In this document: positions 37,610 through 48,538 of the stretch, piece after piece
Position numbering within the stretch: position 1 is the first letter of the stretch
Layout: each line of letters opens with the position of its first letter
NCBI GenBank assembly: GCA_964390845.1
Contig: CAYMIL010000003.1
Location: forward strand, 4,425-68,424
Origin: an uncultured Candidatus Saccharibacteria bacterium
Lineage (GTDB): Bacteria; Patescibacteriota; Minisyncoccia; Phycocordibacterales; CALRHW01
Reading direction: 5' to 3'
Length of the DNA stretch: 64,000 nucleotides
Position numbers and translations under genes: made by a program
Notes under the pieces: generated by a model
What the model saw: the letters and a program-made list of their open reading frames with translations, nothing else
Told to the model about the DNA's origin: nothing
Database searches by the model: none

Positions 37610-38471
37610 GCTCACTGATACAAAAATACAAGAACTACAATTACAAGCAAACGATATTCGTCAGTCGATTATCAAGATGCTTGTTGAAGCGGGTTCTGGT
37701 CATACTGCCGGCCCCCTTGGTATGGCTGACATTTTTACCGCGCTCTATTTTCATATACTCAAACACGATCCCAAAAAACCAGATTGGCCAGAGCGTGACC
37801 GCGTGGTCCTTTCCAATGGTCACATTTGTCCGGTGCTCTATGCAACAATGGCGCACGCGGGATATTTTCCTGTAAAAGAGCTTTCGACACTGCGAAAGTT
37901 TGGTTCACGTTTGCAAGGACACCCGCATCGAGAATATTTGCCCATGCTTGAGACAAGCTCGGGTCCGCTTGGTTCGGGTCTTTCGCAGGCTGTTGGTATG
38001 GCACTCGCTGATAGGATAGACCGCGGTGTTTCAAGCGACCGCTATGTGTACTGCCTTATGAGCGATGGCGAACTCAACGAAGGTCAGCCGTGGGAAGCGG
38101 CGATGCTTGCCGGTAAAAACAGGTTGCGCAATCTTATTGGCATTATCGACAGAAACAATATTCAGATAGATGGTTTTACCGAAGATGTAATGCCCCTTGA
38201 GCCACTTGCAGATAAATGGCGGTCTTGGAATTGGCACGTTATTGAAATCGATGGACACAATTTTGAGGAAATTGTTGATGCTGTACAGCAAGCAAAAGCG
38301 GTGTTTGAAAAGCCGACGGTTATTATCGCGCACACAATTCCAGGTAAAGGTGTTCCAGAATTTGAGCGAAAGTTTGAATGGCATGGCAAACCACCAAACA
38401 AAGATGAAGCCGACATGGCACTTGCCGCGTTACGCACGCTTGGAGGGAAAATAAAGAGTGAGCATGAATAA
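37602..38471 (+). CDS. transketolase, N-terminal subunit (split form)
   Basis: GHTAGPLGMADI thiamine-diphosphate motif; overlaps rpe by 8 nt. Confidence 0.9.
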   Translation: MSELTDTKIQELQLQANDIRQSIIKMLVEAGSGHTAGPLGMADIFTALYFHILKHDPKKPDWPERDRVVLSNGHICPVLYATMAHAGYFPVKELSTLRKFGSRLQGHPHREYLPMLETSSGPLGSGLSQAVGMALADRIDRGVSSDRYVYCLMSDGELNEGQPWEAAMLAGKNRLRNLIGIIDRNNIQIDGFTEDVMPLEPLADKWRSWNWHVIEIDGHNFEEIVDAVQQAKAVFEKPTVIIAHTIPGKGVPEFERKFEWHGKPPNKDEADMALAALRTLGGKIKSEHE

Positions 38472-39465
38472 TATGACGCACGATACGCTCAACAAAAAAA
38501 TATTTGATACAGATGTCGAGCAGGTGCCTATCCGAAAAGGGTTTGGCGAGGGCTTGCTTATTGCGGGCGCACAGCACGAGGGCGTTGTCGGCTTATGTGC
38601 CGACCTTGTCGAGTCTACGCAGATGCATCTCTTTGCGCAGAAATTTCCAAAGCGTTTTATAGAAATAGGAGTCGCAGAGCAAAACCTCGCATCGGTTGCA
38701 TCTGGTATGGCGGCGATGGGGAAGATTCCATTTATCACATCCTACGCAATGTTTTCTCCGGGCCGAAACTGGGAGCAGATTCGTACAACGATTGCATACA
38801 ATGATCAGCCGGTAAAAATTGCTGGATCGCACGCCGGTATCTCCGTCGGTCCCGACGGTGGTACGCATCAGGCAGTAGAAGACATCGCGCTTATGCGTGT
38901 TATACCACACATGGTAGTCCTTTCTCCGTGCGATGCAATTGAAGCAAAAAAGGCGACAGTCGCCGCGGCGAAAATAAACAAACCTGTATACATACGTCTT
39001 GCTCGAGAGAAAACACCAGTCATTACTACAGAAGATACGCCATTTGAAATTGGTAAGGCACAAACCTTTTTTGCTCCACAGAAAGGAAACGCATCTGTCG
39101 GCATTATCGCAACGGGCGCCCTTGTGCACAAAGCACTTGTTGTTGCGCGCGCGTTTGAGAAGAAAGGGGTTGCTATAAAGGTGATTAATCTTGCGACAAT
39201 AAAACCACTTGATGAAGAGGCCATACGAGCTCTTGCTGAAGAAACGGGTGCAATTGTGACCGTGGAAGAACACCAGATTGCTGGTGGAATGGGAAGTGCT
39301 GTTGCTGAGTGTCTTGCACAGCATCAGCCGGTGCCAATCGAGTTTGTGGGTGTTCGAGATATGTTTGGCCAGTCTGGTACTCCGGCGGAGCTTATTGAGC
39401 ATTACGGCATGGGAGAGTCTGCGATATCAGAGGCTGTTGAGCGTGTGCTGTCTCGTAAACACTAG
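38458..39465 (+). CDS. transketolase, C-terminal subunit (split form)
   Basis: Pyrimidine-binding and C-terminal transketolase domains; overlaps the upstream subunit by 14 nt. Confidence 0.9.
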   Translation: MSMNNMTHDTLNKKIFDTDVEQVPIRKGFGEGLLIAGAQHEGVVGLCADLVESTQMHLFAQKFPKRFIEIGVAEQNLASVASGMAAMGKIPFITSYAMFSPGRNWEQIRTTIAYNDQPVKIAGSHAGISVGPDGGTHQAVEDIALMRVIPHMVVLSPCDAIEAKKATVAAAKINKPVYIRLAREKTPVITTEDTPFEIGKAQTFFAPQKGNASVGIIATGALVHKALVVARAFEKKGVAIKVINLATIKPLDEEAIRALAEETGAIVTVEEHQIAGGMGSAVAECLAQHQPVPIEFVGVRDMFGQSGTPAELIEHYGMGESAISEAVERVLSRKH

Positions 39466-39628
39466 TTTGCATACGTGAGGAAAAAAGACTTGAAGAGTTG
39501 TATTGGTGTGTTAGCATAAAAGTTGGGTCAGTTCTGTTACGTTGCTGACTGGAGGCACCCTATTGTGTCTCGCCACTTTCACAATTTGCGTGGGTGATAG
39601 GACGCCACGCACCATTCCCAGTGTTGGG

Positions 39629-40066
39629 ATGGAGAGTATGCTTATGACTACGGCAGTACTCGTGGAGGAAGCAGAGATCGAGCGGTCGCGGTGCGCGATT
39701 CGTGAGAAGCTCTGCAAGCACGGTCTCGGCCCTGCGGAGGCTGAGGAGGTCATGTCCGAGGCGACCCCGCGTCTTGCGGAGGAGGTCTTCGCCTGGACGG
39801 AGCGTGCCACCAAGCTGATGAAGCGGAGTGTGCGCGACAAGTTCAAGCGGGTTCGGCCTGCACGCATCATGCGCATCACGTTGCGCTGGCTGCGTCTGCT
39901 CAGCACGTCCATCGCCAACGTGGACGCGCTCTACTCCAAGTGCTTGCGGCGTCTCAACCAGCTCAAGCTGGACATCAGCGCTCGCAACGTGACCGAGATG
40001 AGGCGCTTCGCGCGTGGCATCATCGTGGCGCTCAAGATCAAGGAGCGCAAGATGGTTCCCGCGTAG
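39629..40066 (+). CDS. hypothetical basic alpha-helical protein (GC-rich island); start uncertain (39629 or 39647)
   Basis: GC-rich ORF; GGAGAG SD-like sequence 7 nt before the third ATG; R/K-rich; followed by a strong hairpin terminator. Confidence 0.4.
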   Translation: MESMLMTTAVLVEEAEIERSRCAIREKLCKHGLGPAEAEEVMSEATPRLAEEVFAWTERATKLMKRSVRDKFKRVRPARIMRITLRWLRLLSTSIANVDALYSKCLRRLNQLKLDISARNVTEMRRFARGIIVALKIKERKMVPA

Positions 40067-40086
40067 GGGGCATCGTCACAGTCAGG

Positions 40087-40130
40087 AAAAAGGGGGTTCG
40101 ACTCGCGTCGAACCCCCTTCCTTTTTTATT
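40087..40130. terminator. bidirectional rho-independent terminator
   Basis: GGGGGTTCGAC-tcgc-GTCGAACCCCC flanked by an A-run and TTCCTTTTTTATT. Confidence 0.85.
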
Positions 40131-41130
40131 AAATTTCCCGAGGAGTGTATTCTTTTGGTGCGTTTTCTAGAAAATGTTCCACCTCTTTTCTGGAGAGTAG
40201 TCCTTTCTGTGCACCGATCTGCTGAACAACAGACATTGAATTAATTGGTCCCCATGATAGCGCCACATCAAGTGGTTTACCGAGGGCGAGTGCCGCCGTA
40301 ACGGTAGAGGCAAACGCATCTCCTGCTCCCGTGCGTTCGTATGGTGGTTTTGGATCGGGATAAGGAGGCATGAACCACGCCGTTGTTCCGTCATATGCGT
40401 ATGCGCCCTTTGGACCGTCGGTAATGCAAATAATTTTTGGCCCGAGACCGTGCATTTGTATAAGGAGTTCTTTGATGCCAGCATGGCTGTCCGCTGGGAT
40501 TCCAAGGATGCGCTTCGATTCTTCAACATTACAGAAGAAAATTTCACAGCGTTTATATAATTCGCGCAATTTCTCCACGCCCAACTTCATCTGAAACGTG
40601 CCGGGCTGGAATGCCAGTTTTATTTCTGGATGCGCGCGAATGTATTCCATAATCTGTGTGTGATATGGGAGAGAGTTTTGGCCAAGTGAGCTTAGGTAGA
40701 GCCAACGAGGAGAACCGATGCGCGGTAGAGAGTATGGATATTCTTGATGCTTTACCAAAATGGTGCGCTCATCTTCAAACCACAGTACATAATGATAGTT
40801 TGTCTGCATGTGTTTGTGGCGGGCAACAAATTTTGTGGAGACCCCTTGTTTTTTTAGTTCAGCAATGCACTCTGCGCCATTTTGATCGCCACCTAGATCC
40901 GTCACAAGCCCCGAAGACAGACCGAGACGTGCGGCGGATACTGCCGCGTTTGCGCTGTTACCAACCGCTTTTACAACTTCTACAAACTCATAGGGAATTT
41001 TTTCAGCAAAGGGCATGCAGAGTTCACATTGCTCGTGGTTGATGTTGCAATGAACGCTCGCCGTATCCAAACGAATAAACGCATCGACAACGGTATCACC
41101 GATTGCCAAGAAATCTATTTTTCTAAACAT
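40129..41130 (-). CDS. PfkB-family carbohydrate kinase (ribokinase-like)
   Basis: GAGDAF anion-hole motif and N-terminal GG-like motif. Confidence 0.8.
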   Translation of the reverse strand: MFRKIDFLAIGDTVVDAFIRLDTASVHCNINHEQCELCMPFAEKIPYEFVEVVKAVGNSANAAVSAARLGLSSGLVTDLGGDQNGAECIAELKKQGVSTKFVARHKHMQTNYHYVLWFEDERTILVKHQEYPYSLPRIGSPRWLYLSSLGQNSLPYHTQIMEYIRAHPEIKLAFQPGTFQMKLGVEKLRELYKRCEIFFCNVEESKRILGIPADSHAGIKELLIQMHGLGPKIICITDGPKGAYAYDGTTAWFMPPYPDPKPPYERTGAGDAFASTVTAALALGKPLDVALSWGPINSMSVVQQIGAQKGLLSRKEVEHFLENAPKEYTPREI

Positions 41131-41172
41131 ATGGTTTAGTATATCACGGCACTTTTTGGCTGTGATAGAATA

Positions 41173-42048
41173 ATGTGCATGAAAACATTACGCGAAACGG
41201 TTGCTGACGCGATGAGCAAGGGTGTCGCTGTTGGTCATTTCAATATTTCAAACCTTGAAGCACTGTGGGGTATTTTCAATGCCGCCCGAACACTTGATGT
41301 GCCAGTTATTATCGGTGTCTCTGAGGGTGAGCGGGATTTTATCGGCGTACGGCAGACAGCGGCGTTGGTGCGTAGTATTCGAGAGCAATTTTCATATCCA
41401 ATCTTTCTTAATGCCGATCACACATATTCTATAGAGCGTGTAAAAGAGGCCATTGATGCAGGCTTTGATTCAGTCATTTTTGATGGCGCCAAACTTCCAT
41501 TTGATGAAAATGTGCGTATGGCAAAAGAGTGTGTTGAATATGCCCGAGCATCGGGACGTGATGTGGTTATAGAAGGTGAGCTCGGCTATATCGGCCAGTC
41601 TTCAAAAATCCTCGACGATATTCCAGAAGGAGTAAATCTCAATGACGATATGCTCACAAGTGCAGAAGAGGCCAAAAAGTTTGTTGAAATGACGGGTGTC
41701 GATATGCTTGCGCCAGCAGTCGGCAATATTCACGGCATGCTTCGTGGAGGAAGTGATCCAAAGCTTAACATCGAGCGCATCAAAGAAATTGCTGAGGCAA
41801 CAGGTGTGCCACTTGTGCTTCACGGTGGTTCTGGTAATAGCGCAGAAGATTTTCAGGCGGGTATCGACGCGGGTGTTGGTATCGTGCATATCAATACCGA
41901 ACTACGCGTTGCATATCGCGATGCGCTTAAGCTCGCGCTCCAGGAACATCCCGACGAAGTTGCGCCATATAAAATTCTCAAGGGTGCTGTAGTTGCTGTA
42001 GAAAAAGTGGCGGAAGCAAAACTTAAAACGTTTAATAAGTTGGCGTAA
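41173..42048 (+). CDS. fba: class II fructose/tagatose-bisphosphate aldolase
   Basis: Class II aldolase metal-binding His pattern (LNADH, LHGGSG). Confidence 0.85.
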   Translation: MCMKTLRETVADAMSKGVAVGHFNISNLEALWGIFNAARTLDVPVIIGVSEGERDFIGVRQTAALVRSIREQFSYPIFLNADHTYSIERVKEAIDAGFDSVIFDGAKLPFDENVRMAKECVEYARASGRDVVIEGELGYIGQSSKILDDIPEGVNLNDDMLTSAEEAKKFVEMTGVDMLAPAVGNIHGMLRGGSDPKLNIERIKEIAEATGVPLVLHGGSGNSAEDFQAGIDAGVGIVHINTELRVAYRDALKLALQEHPDEVAPYKILKGAVVAVEKVAEAKLKTFNKLA

Positions 42049-42062
42049 TTTGAGCGAGGCAT

Positions 42063-43712
42063 ATGAATCTTAAAGAACAGATCTCGTCGATTATAGAAGG
42101 TGAGTGTGCAGATGATGCAGAAACGCTTACGAAGTATAGCCATGACGCAAGCCTCCTTGAGGTGTGCCCAAAGCTCGTTGTTTTTCCAAAGCACGCGCGA
42201 GACATAGAGGCGCTCACGGCGTTTGTCGCGGACCCTGTCAACAGAGCGAAAGACCCGACGCTGTCGCTTACTGTCCGAGCAGCGGGAAGTTGTATGTCCG
42301 GTGGTTCACTCAACGAATCAATTATTGCGGATGTATCAAAGTATATGGGAGGAATTGTTGGTTTTGAGGGTGAGAGTGCGCGTGTACTTCCCGGCACATT
42401 TTACCGAGACTTTGAGCCAGAAACTTTGAAACGGGGTCTCATTTTGCCCTGTTTCACTGCGTCTAAAAATTTGTGCGCACTTGGTGGAATGATCGGTAAC
42501 AATGCTGCTGGAGAAAAAACACTTCGCTATGGAAAGATGGAACATTTCGTGCAGGAATTACGCGTTGTGTTTGCCGATGGTAAGGAGTACGAGGTGCGAC
42601 CACTTACGCGTGCAGAGCTTGATGCAAAAATGGCGCAAGGGGATTTTGAAGGAAATCTCTACAAAGAAATATTTGAACTCGTGACAACGCACGCAGAAAA
42701 ACTTCGTTCTGCAAAACCACGTGTGTCAAAAAATTCTGCGGGCTACTATTTGTGGAATGTGTGGGATGAAAAGACGGGCGTGTTTGATCTTACGAAGCTT
42801 ATCGTTGGATCGCAGGGAACGCTCGGTATCGTGACGGAAGCAAAACTTCGCCTCGTTCCCGTTGAAAAGACATCAAAGTTATTTGTTGTATTTTTAAGAG
42901 ACCTATCTCGCCTTGGCGACTTGGTAAAGGAGTGCCTCGAACTCAACCCTGAAACAGTTGAATCGTACGATGACAGTACGATGAAGCTCGCGGTACGTTT
43001 TTTGCCAGAAATGCTTCGCACAATGAAGACGGGCAACTTCTTTCGTCTGATGTTGAGTTTTATTCCGGAAGCATTCATGATGCTCACGGGCGGTATTCCA
43101 AAGCTTATTTTGCTCGTAGAGTTTTCGGGCAATGACGAGCGCGCGATTGATGAGCGCATGAAAGCGCTTCGAGCAAAAATCGCGCACTTTGGTTTTGCGA
43201 TGCGTGCAACAAAATCAGCACGTGAATCTGAAAAATATTGGACAATCCGCCGCGAGAGTTTCAATCTTCTTCGCAAACACGTGCACGGTATGCGTACTGC
43301 GCCATTTGTTGATGATGTCGTGGTGCGCCCGGAATTTCTGCCCGAATTTCTCCCAAAGATGCGCGCAATCCTCGACAAACACAACCTCATCTACACAATC
43401 GCCGGCCACGCGGGCAACGGCAATTTTCACATCATTCCGCTGATGGACATGACGAAAGAGGAAAATCGAGCCCTCATCCCTGTTGTATCTGAAGAAATCT
43501 TTGATCTGGTGAAATCATTTGACGGCTCATTTACCGGCGAGCACAACGACGGCATTATTCGTACACCATATCTTCCAAAAATGTTTGCGCCGGATATCAT
43601 TGAGCTCTTTGAGCGCACCAAGCATATCTTTGATCCACTCACACTCTTTAATCCTGGCAAAAAGGTGGGGGGTAGTATTGAATACATGGTTTCTCACCTC
43701 GCTCGTAACTAA
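42063..43712 (+). CDS. FAD-linked oxidase (GlcD/D-lactate dehydrogenase-like)
   Basis: FAD_binding_4-like N-terminal domain and C-terminal FAD-oxidase domain; 549 aa. Confidence 0.8.
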   Translation: MNLKEQISSIIEGECADDAETLTKYSHDASLLEVCPKLVVFPKHARDIEALTAFVADPVNRAKDPTLSLTVRAAGSCMSGGSLNESIIADVSKYMGGIVGFEGESARVLPGTFYRDFEPETLKRGLILPCFTASKNLCALGGMIGNNAAGEKTLRYGKMEHFVQELRVVFADGKEYEVRPLTRAELDAKMAQGDFEGNLYKEIFELVTTHAEKLRSAKPRVSKNSAGYYLWNVWDEKTGVFDLTKLIVGSQGTLGIVTEAKLRLVPVEKTSKLFVVFLRDLSRLGDLVKECLELNPETVESYDDSTMKLAVRFLPEMLRTMKTGNFFRLMLSFIPEAFMMLTGGIPKLILLVEFSGNDERAIDERMKALRAKIAHFGFAMRATKSARESEKYWTIRRESFNLLRKHVHGMRTAPFVDDVVVRPEFLPEFLPKMRAILDKHNLIYTIAGHAGNGNFHIIPLMDMTKEENRALIPVVSEEIFDLVKSFDGSFTGEHNDGIIRTPYLPKMFAPDIIELFERTKHIFDPLTLFNPGKKVGGSIEYMVSHLARN

Positions 43713-43771
43713 TTTCGCCAGAAAGGGGCTCAAGCTATTGATTTTTTCAAGCTCATATATATAATGGTGAA

Positions 43772-44428
43772 ATGCTTAGTTTAAACGTAGAAAACCGAAC
43801 AACGTCAGATAATCTGGCACACCTCCGAAAAAATGGCTTTATTCCTGCTGTTTTTTACGGAAAAAAGGAGGAATCAACTCCAATTTCTATCAAGTTTGCT
43901 GACTTCCTTAAGGTATGGAAGAAGGCTGGAGAGTCATCTGTCGTTACACTAAAGCGACAAGGTGGCGAAGATCTTGAGGCGCTCATTCACGATGTTGACC
44001 TCGATCCAGTTACCGACGCTCCTCGTCACGCAGATTTCTATGTCTTCGAGAAAGGGCATAAAATCAAAGTTGATATCCCTATCGAATTCGTTGGTGTTGC
44101 ACCAGCGGCGAAAGATTTGGGCGGTATTCTCGTCAAAGTTATGCGAGAAGTAAAGATTGAGGCAATGCCTAAGGATCTCCCTCATGAGATTAAGGTTGAT
44201 GTCTCTTCACTCACTACATTCGACAGTCAAATTCTCGCAAAAGATATCGTTCTTCCAGCAGGTGTTACTCTCGTAGAGTCTCCAGAAGAAGTGGTAGCGC
44301 TCGTATCCGAGGCAAAAGAAGAGTCCGAAGAGCCAGCGGCTCCAGTTGACCTCTCTGCTATTGAGGTAGAAAAGAAAGGAAAGAAAGAGGAGGAGGGTGC
44401 AGCAGAAGGCGAAGCAAAGCCAGAGTAA
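43772..44428 (+). CDS. rplY: ribosomal protein L25/general stress protein Ctc
   Basis: L25 beta-barrel N-terminus and acidic C-terminal tail. Confidence 0.85.
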   Translation: MLSLNVENRTTSDNLAHLRKNGFIPAVFYGKKEESTPISIKFADFLKVWKKAGESSVVTLKRQGGEDLEALIHDVDLDPVTDAPRHADFYVFEKGHKIKVDIPIEFVGVAPAAKDLGGILVKVMREVKIEAMPKDLPHEIKVDVSSLTTFDSQILAKDIVLPAGVTLVESPEEVVALVSEAKEESEEPAAPVDLSAIEVEKKGKKEEEGAAEGEAKPE

Positions 44429-44451
44429 TACGGTCTGCGGGTTGGTGCGGT

Positions 44452-45873
44452 ATGTGGTCGGTAGTTCTATATATGCGCATAGTTAACATCCCAGTCTTCA
44501 TACTAGTCCTAAGTACGCTCCTCGTGAGCGTATACAAAATCACCTTGCCGGGTGATTTTGTTTTTGCCGCTGATTCGGCATGTACTGACCAGACAGATGG
44601 TAAAAGCCGTTCACAGCTTGAGCAAGAGCTCGCCGCGTGTGAGGCGGAAATGGCACAATGGACACAACAGCTCAATCAGGCACGTTCTATGAGTGCGGGT
44701 TTCAAAACAGATATCAATGTTCTCACGGCAAAAATTAATGCCGCGAAGGCAAATATTAATGGGAAAAATATCGCCATTAACAACCTCACAAAAGACATTA
44801 CGGTAAAGCAGTCGGAGATTGCAAAACTTGATTCTCGTCTTGAGCGCGGTCGAGAAGTCCTTGCTGAAATCCTCCGAAAGACAAATGTAATCACATCAGC
44901 ATCGCTTGTTGAGACAATGCTTTCAAACAAAGATCTCTCAGACTTTTTTGCAGATGTAGATGCATACTCTTCCACGGAGCGAGAACTGTCTGATTTGTTC
45001 AATGAATTGCGCCAAACTCGAAGTGTCGCCGATTCTGAGCGTGCTATTCTCGATAAAAAACGAGAACAAGAGGCCTCTGCACGAGCAGCTCTTGAGGCGT
45101 CAAAAAAAGAGGTAGAAGTTGATCAGGCAGAAAAACAGCGCCTGCTTGCTATAAGTCAGAAAAACGAAAAGACGTATGCGCAGGAGGTTGCGGAGCGTCA
45201 GGCAAAGGCAGCTCAGATTAAGGCTGTGCTGTTCCCATTGCGAGACTCTGCGGCGATTCCATTTGGTACCGCACTTCAGTATGCGCAGGAGGCGAGTGCA
45301 AAAACAGGTGTTCATGCGGCACTTATCCTCGCCATCCTTCAGCAAGAGTCTAACCTTGGTGCAAACGTTGGTTCGTGTGTGATCACCGATCTCGGATCTG
45401 GTCAGACACGAAGCGTCAATTCTGGCCTCGTCTATTCAAACGGTATTCATCCAACTCGAGATTTACCTCCGCTAAAAACATTGCTTGCCGAGCTTGGCCG
45501 CGACCCTCTTCAAACACGGGTATCGTGTCCGATTGCTGGCGTTGCCGGCTATGGTGGTGCGATGGGACCAGCTCAGTTTATCCCTTCAACATGGAATATC
45601 ATCAAGGGCACAGTAGCATCATTTCTTGGAAAATCCGTACCAGATCCTTGGAACCCAGCAGATGCTATTATGGCTTCGGCAACCTTGCTTCGAGACCTTG
45701 TGGGCACGACGGGAGACCGCTATACCGACGACAGAACGGCGGCATGTCGATACTATTCTGGGCGTACCTGCTATGTGGGAGGAAAGGCTGGTCCAGGCCT
45801 CAGTTATGGTACTCAGGTTATGAACCGAGTAGCGGCTATCCAGCGTGATATCGACTTTTTGCGGGATAACTAG
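44452..45873 (+). CDS. secreted coiled-coil protein with C-terminal lytic transglycosylase (SLT/MltB-like) domain
   Basis: N-terminal TM/signal sequence, long coiled coil, [12 protein letters not shown] and [12 protein letters not shown] motifs. Confidence 0.65.
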   Translation: MWSVVLYMRIVNIPVFILVLSTLLVSVYKITLPGDFVFAADSACTDQTDGKSRSQLEQELAACEAEMAQWTQQLNQARSMSAGFKTDINVLTAKINAAKANINGKNIAINNLTKDITVKQSEIAKLDSRLERGREVLAEILRKTNVITSASLVETMLSNKDLSDFFADVDAYSSTERELSDLFNELRQTRSVADSERAILDKKREQEASARAALEASKKEVEVDQAEKQRLLAISQKNEKTYAQEVAERQAKAAQIKAVLFPLRDSAAIPFGTALQYAQEASAKTGVHAALILAILQQESNLGANVGSCVITDLGSGQTRSVNSGLVYSNGIHPTRDLPPLKTLLAELGRDPLQTRVSCPIAGVAGYGGAMGPAQFIPSTWNIIKGTVASFLGKSVPDPWNPADAIMASATLLRDLVGTTGDRYTDDRTAACRYYSGRTCYVGGKAGPGLSYGTQVMNRVAAIQRDIDFLRDN

Positions 45874-45917
45874 TCTTGTATTTGCATAAAACCCCTTTTA
45901 CTGCTATAGTATCGCCC

Positions 45918-46169
45918 ATGAAGAAAGAAATACATCCTGAATATTTCCCACAAGCAACCGTCGTGTGCGCGTGTGGAAATACCTTTACCCTCGGCTCAAC
46001 AAAAGAGAAAATCGAGGTTGAAATTTGTAGCGCCTGCCATCCGTTCTACACTGGAGCAGAGAAGGTGCTTGATACTGCAGGACGAGTAGAGAAATTCAAG
46101 TCTCGACAGACAAAGTCTGCGGCTCTCCCAAAGAAAACAAAGAAGGCGAAAGCTTCGAAAGAAGAGTAA
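45918..46169 (+). CDS. rpmE: ribosomal protein L31
   Basis: MKKEIHPEY...C..C...HPFYTG signature. Confidence 0.9.
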   Translation: MKKEIHPEYFPQATVVCACGNTFTLGSTKEKIEVEICSACHPFYTGAEKVLDTAGRVEKFKSRQTKSAALPKKTKKAKASKEE

Positions 46170-46181
46170 CTTTCACCCGCC

Positions 46182-47144
46182 TTGGATATTGAGAAGTACA
46201 AACAAAATCCCAAGACAAGCTATCTCGCGGATCACTACCTGAACCTCCTTAAGGAAGAAGAACACACTAAAGCTCTGTCTGCGTCTGACCCTGCGATGCA
46301 GGAGCTTGCTCTCGATGAGCTTAAAAATCTTTCAGCTCAAAAAGAAGCCGTCCTTAAACAGATGGACGACATTTTGACTGCTGAAAAAGAAGAGGACGAG
46401 TTTCCCAATGAGATTATTCTTGAAGTACGTGCTGGCGCTGGTGGCGACGAGGCATCTCTTTTTGCTCGGGAGCTTGCTGAAATGTATGAAAAATATGCTG
46501 AGCGTCGAGGGTGGAGTTTTAAAAAAATAGATGAATCCCAGAATGCGCTCGGAGGCTACAAAGAAGCTTCTTTTGAGGTGCGAGGGCAGGATGTATACAA
46601 AGATTTACGATTTGAAACAGGTGTTCACCGTATCCAGCGTATCCCAGCAACGGAGAAAATGGGGCGAGTGCACACGTCGACCGCGTCGCTGGCTATTATG
46701 CCAATGCGAAAGAAGGTTCATGTCGAAATCAACCCCGCCGACCTTGAAATCGAGTTTTCTCGATCTGGAGGTGCGGGCGGACAGAACGTCAACAAAGTGG
46801 AAACTGCTGTGCGTATTATTCACAAACCGACAGGTATCGATGTGCGCTCAACTGCCGAGCGAAGTCAGCTCAAAAATCGAGAAAAAGCGATGAGTATTCT
46901 TTCGGCAAAGCTTGAAATGCTCGCCGAAGAAGAGGCAGCAAAGAAGCTTTCAGCAAACCGCAAGGACCAGATCGGCACAGCAGACCGTTCCGAGAAGATT
47001 CGTACCTACAATATCTTGCAGGACCGTGTGACAGACCACCGTATCAAGGAGTCATGGCACAATATTGAGCAAATTTTCCTTGGAAACCTCGATCCCATCA
47101 TCGACGCCATCAGGGCACGTGAGGCAGGGGAGGTATCCGTTTAA
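46182..47144 (+). CDS. prfA: peptide chain release factor 1 (TTG start)
   Basis: GGQ motif [11 protein letters not shown] and PAT tripeptide. Confidence 0.9.
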   Translation: MDIEKYKQNPKTSYLADHYLNLLKEEEHTKALSASDPAMQELALDELKNLSAQKEAVLKQMDDILTAEKEEDEFPNEIILEVRAGAGGDEASLFARELAEMYEKYAERRGWSFKKIDESQNALGGYKEASFEVRGQDVYKDLRFETGVHRIQRIPATEKMGRVHTSTASLAIMPMRKKVHVEINPADLEIEFSRSGGAGGQNVNKVETAVRIIHKPTGIDVRSTAERSQLKNREKAMSILSAKLEMLAEEEAAKKLSANRKDQIGTADRSEKIRTYNILQDRVTDHRIKESWHNIEQIFLGNLDPIIDAIRAREAGEVSV

Positions 47145-47206
47145 GCCATTGCGCTGTCACCCATAATCTGATAGACTCTCACATTGTATCTATGCAAGCA
47201 CAGAAT

Positions 47207-47899
47207 ATGTCAAAAAACACGATAGAAAGTCTCTTTAAAGCAGGAGCGCATTTTGCCTATACAAAAGCACGACGACACCCGTCTGCTAAACCGTTTATCT
47301 TCGGTGTAAAGAACCGAGTTGAGATTTTTGATCTCGAAAAGACAAGCGAACAGCTTGAGAAGGCAAAGCAGTTTGTGCAGTCTATTGCCGCTACAGGAGG
47401 TTCAATCCTTTTTGTGGGCGGAAAGAGTGAGGCTCGAGAAGCGATTCGAAATGCCGCTCAGTCACTTGGTATGCCGTTTGTCGCAAGCCGATGGATTGGT
47501 GGAACTCTCACTAATTTCCCAGAGATTCGAAAGCGCGTTACAAAGCTCGAACAGCTTCTTTCTCAGAAAGAAAAAGGTGAGCTTGTGAAGTACACAAAGA
47601 AGGAGCGTCTTCTTATCGACCGAGAAATCGTTCGACTTCAGGAAAACTTCTCAGGACTCGTGCCGATGAAGGAATTTCCAAAGGCTATGTTTGTTGTGGA
47701 TCTCAAGCGAGAGCACATTGCAGTAAAAGAAGCTCAGGCTCACAATATCCCTATCATCAGCCTTTCTGGTTCTGATTGTAATCTTGGTGAGGTAGAGTAC
47801 GCGATTCCAGGCAATGATGCGTCAATGCAGAGCATCGCGTATGTTGTAGGACAAATCGCTACTGCGTACAAAGAAGGAGCATCTTCAAAGAAGCAGTAA
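47207..47899 (+). CDS. rpsB: ribosomal protein S2
   Basis: LFKAGAHF...RWIGGTLTN signature. Confidence 0.9.
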   Translation: MSKNTIESLFKAGAHFAYTKARRHPSAKPFIFGVKNRVEIFDLEKTSEQLEKAKQFVQSIAATGGSILFVGGKSEAREAIRNAAQSLGMPFVASRWIGGTLTNFPEIRKRVTKLEQLLSQKEKGELVKYTKKERLLIDREIVRLQENFSGLVPMKEFPKAMFVVDLKREHIAVKEAQAHNIPIISLSGSDCNLGEVEYAIPGNDASMQSIAYVVGQIATAYKEGASSKKQ

Positions 47900-47941
47900 G
47901 CGGACACTGTTGGTTTATTAGTTTTTATTCTTTCACACATC

Positions 47942-48532
47942 ATGGATATCACTACGAATCAGATTAAAGATTTACGAGATAAGACAGGTGTCTCTGTGAT
48001 GCAGTGTAAGAAGGCCCTCGAAGAGGCGGGTGGAGATACAGAAAAGGCGCTCATGATTCTTCAGAAGAATAGTAAAGCGACTGCTCTCAAAAAACTCGAC
48101 CGAACACTTGGTTCGGGCGTGGTGCAGGCATACATCCACTCTACAGGCACAGTTGGCTCTATGGTTGAGCTTCTCTGCGAAACTGATTTCGTAGCAAAGA
48201 ATGAGGATTTCAAGGTTCTTGCGTATGATGTTGCACTTCATATCGCGGCCGCTGATCCTCAGTATCTCTCTCGAGAGCATGTGCCCGCTGAGGATGTACA
48301 GCGTGCAACAGAGATGTTTCAGGCTGACATCGAAGGAAAGCCTGAAGATTTGAAGGCAAAGATTCTTGAAGGAAAGCTTTCTGCATATTTTGCAGAGCGT
48401 TCTCTTCTCGATCAGCCGTTCGTGAAGAATCCAGACCTTACCATTCGCAACCTCGTCGAAGGTGCAGTTCAGAAGTTCGGAGAGAAAACTGAGATCGGCA
48501 GATTTGCTCGATTCTCTGTTCTTCAAAAATAA
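47942..48532 (+). CDS. tsf: elongation factor Ts (short form)
   Basis: UBA-like N-terminus IKDLRDKTGVSVMQCKKALEE; 196 aa. Confidence 0.9.
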   Translation: MDITTNQIKDLRDKTGVSVMQCKKALEEAGGDTEKALMILQKNSKATALKKLDRTLGSGVVQAYIHSTGTVGSMVELLCETDFVAKNEDFKVLAYDVALHIAAADPQYLSREHVPAEDVQRATEMFQADIEGKPEDLKAKILEGKLSAYFAERSLLDQPFVKNPDLTIRNLVEGAVQKFGEKTEIGRFARFSVLQK

Positions 48533-48538
48533 ACACGT

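Noticed and set aside
36980-39402. Long antisense ORFs 36980..37615 (211 aa) and 38593..39402 (269 aa) opposite rpe and the transketolase C-subunit
   Set aside because: The plus-strand frames encode unmistakable Rpe and transketolase motifs. The antisense translations are Cys/Arg-rich with no motifs.
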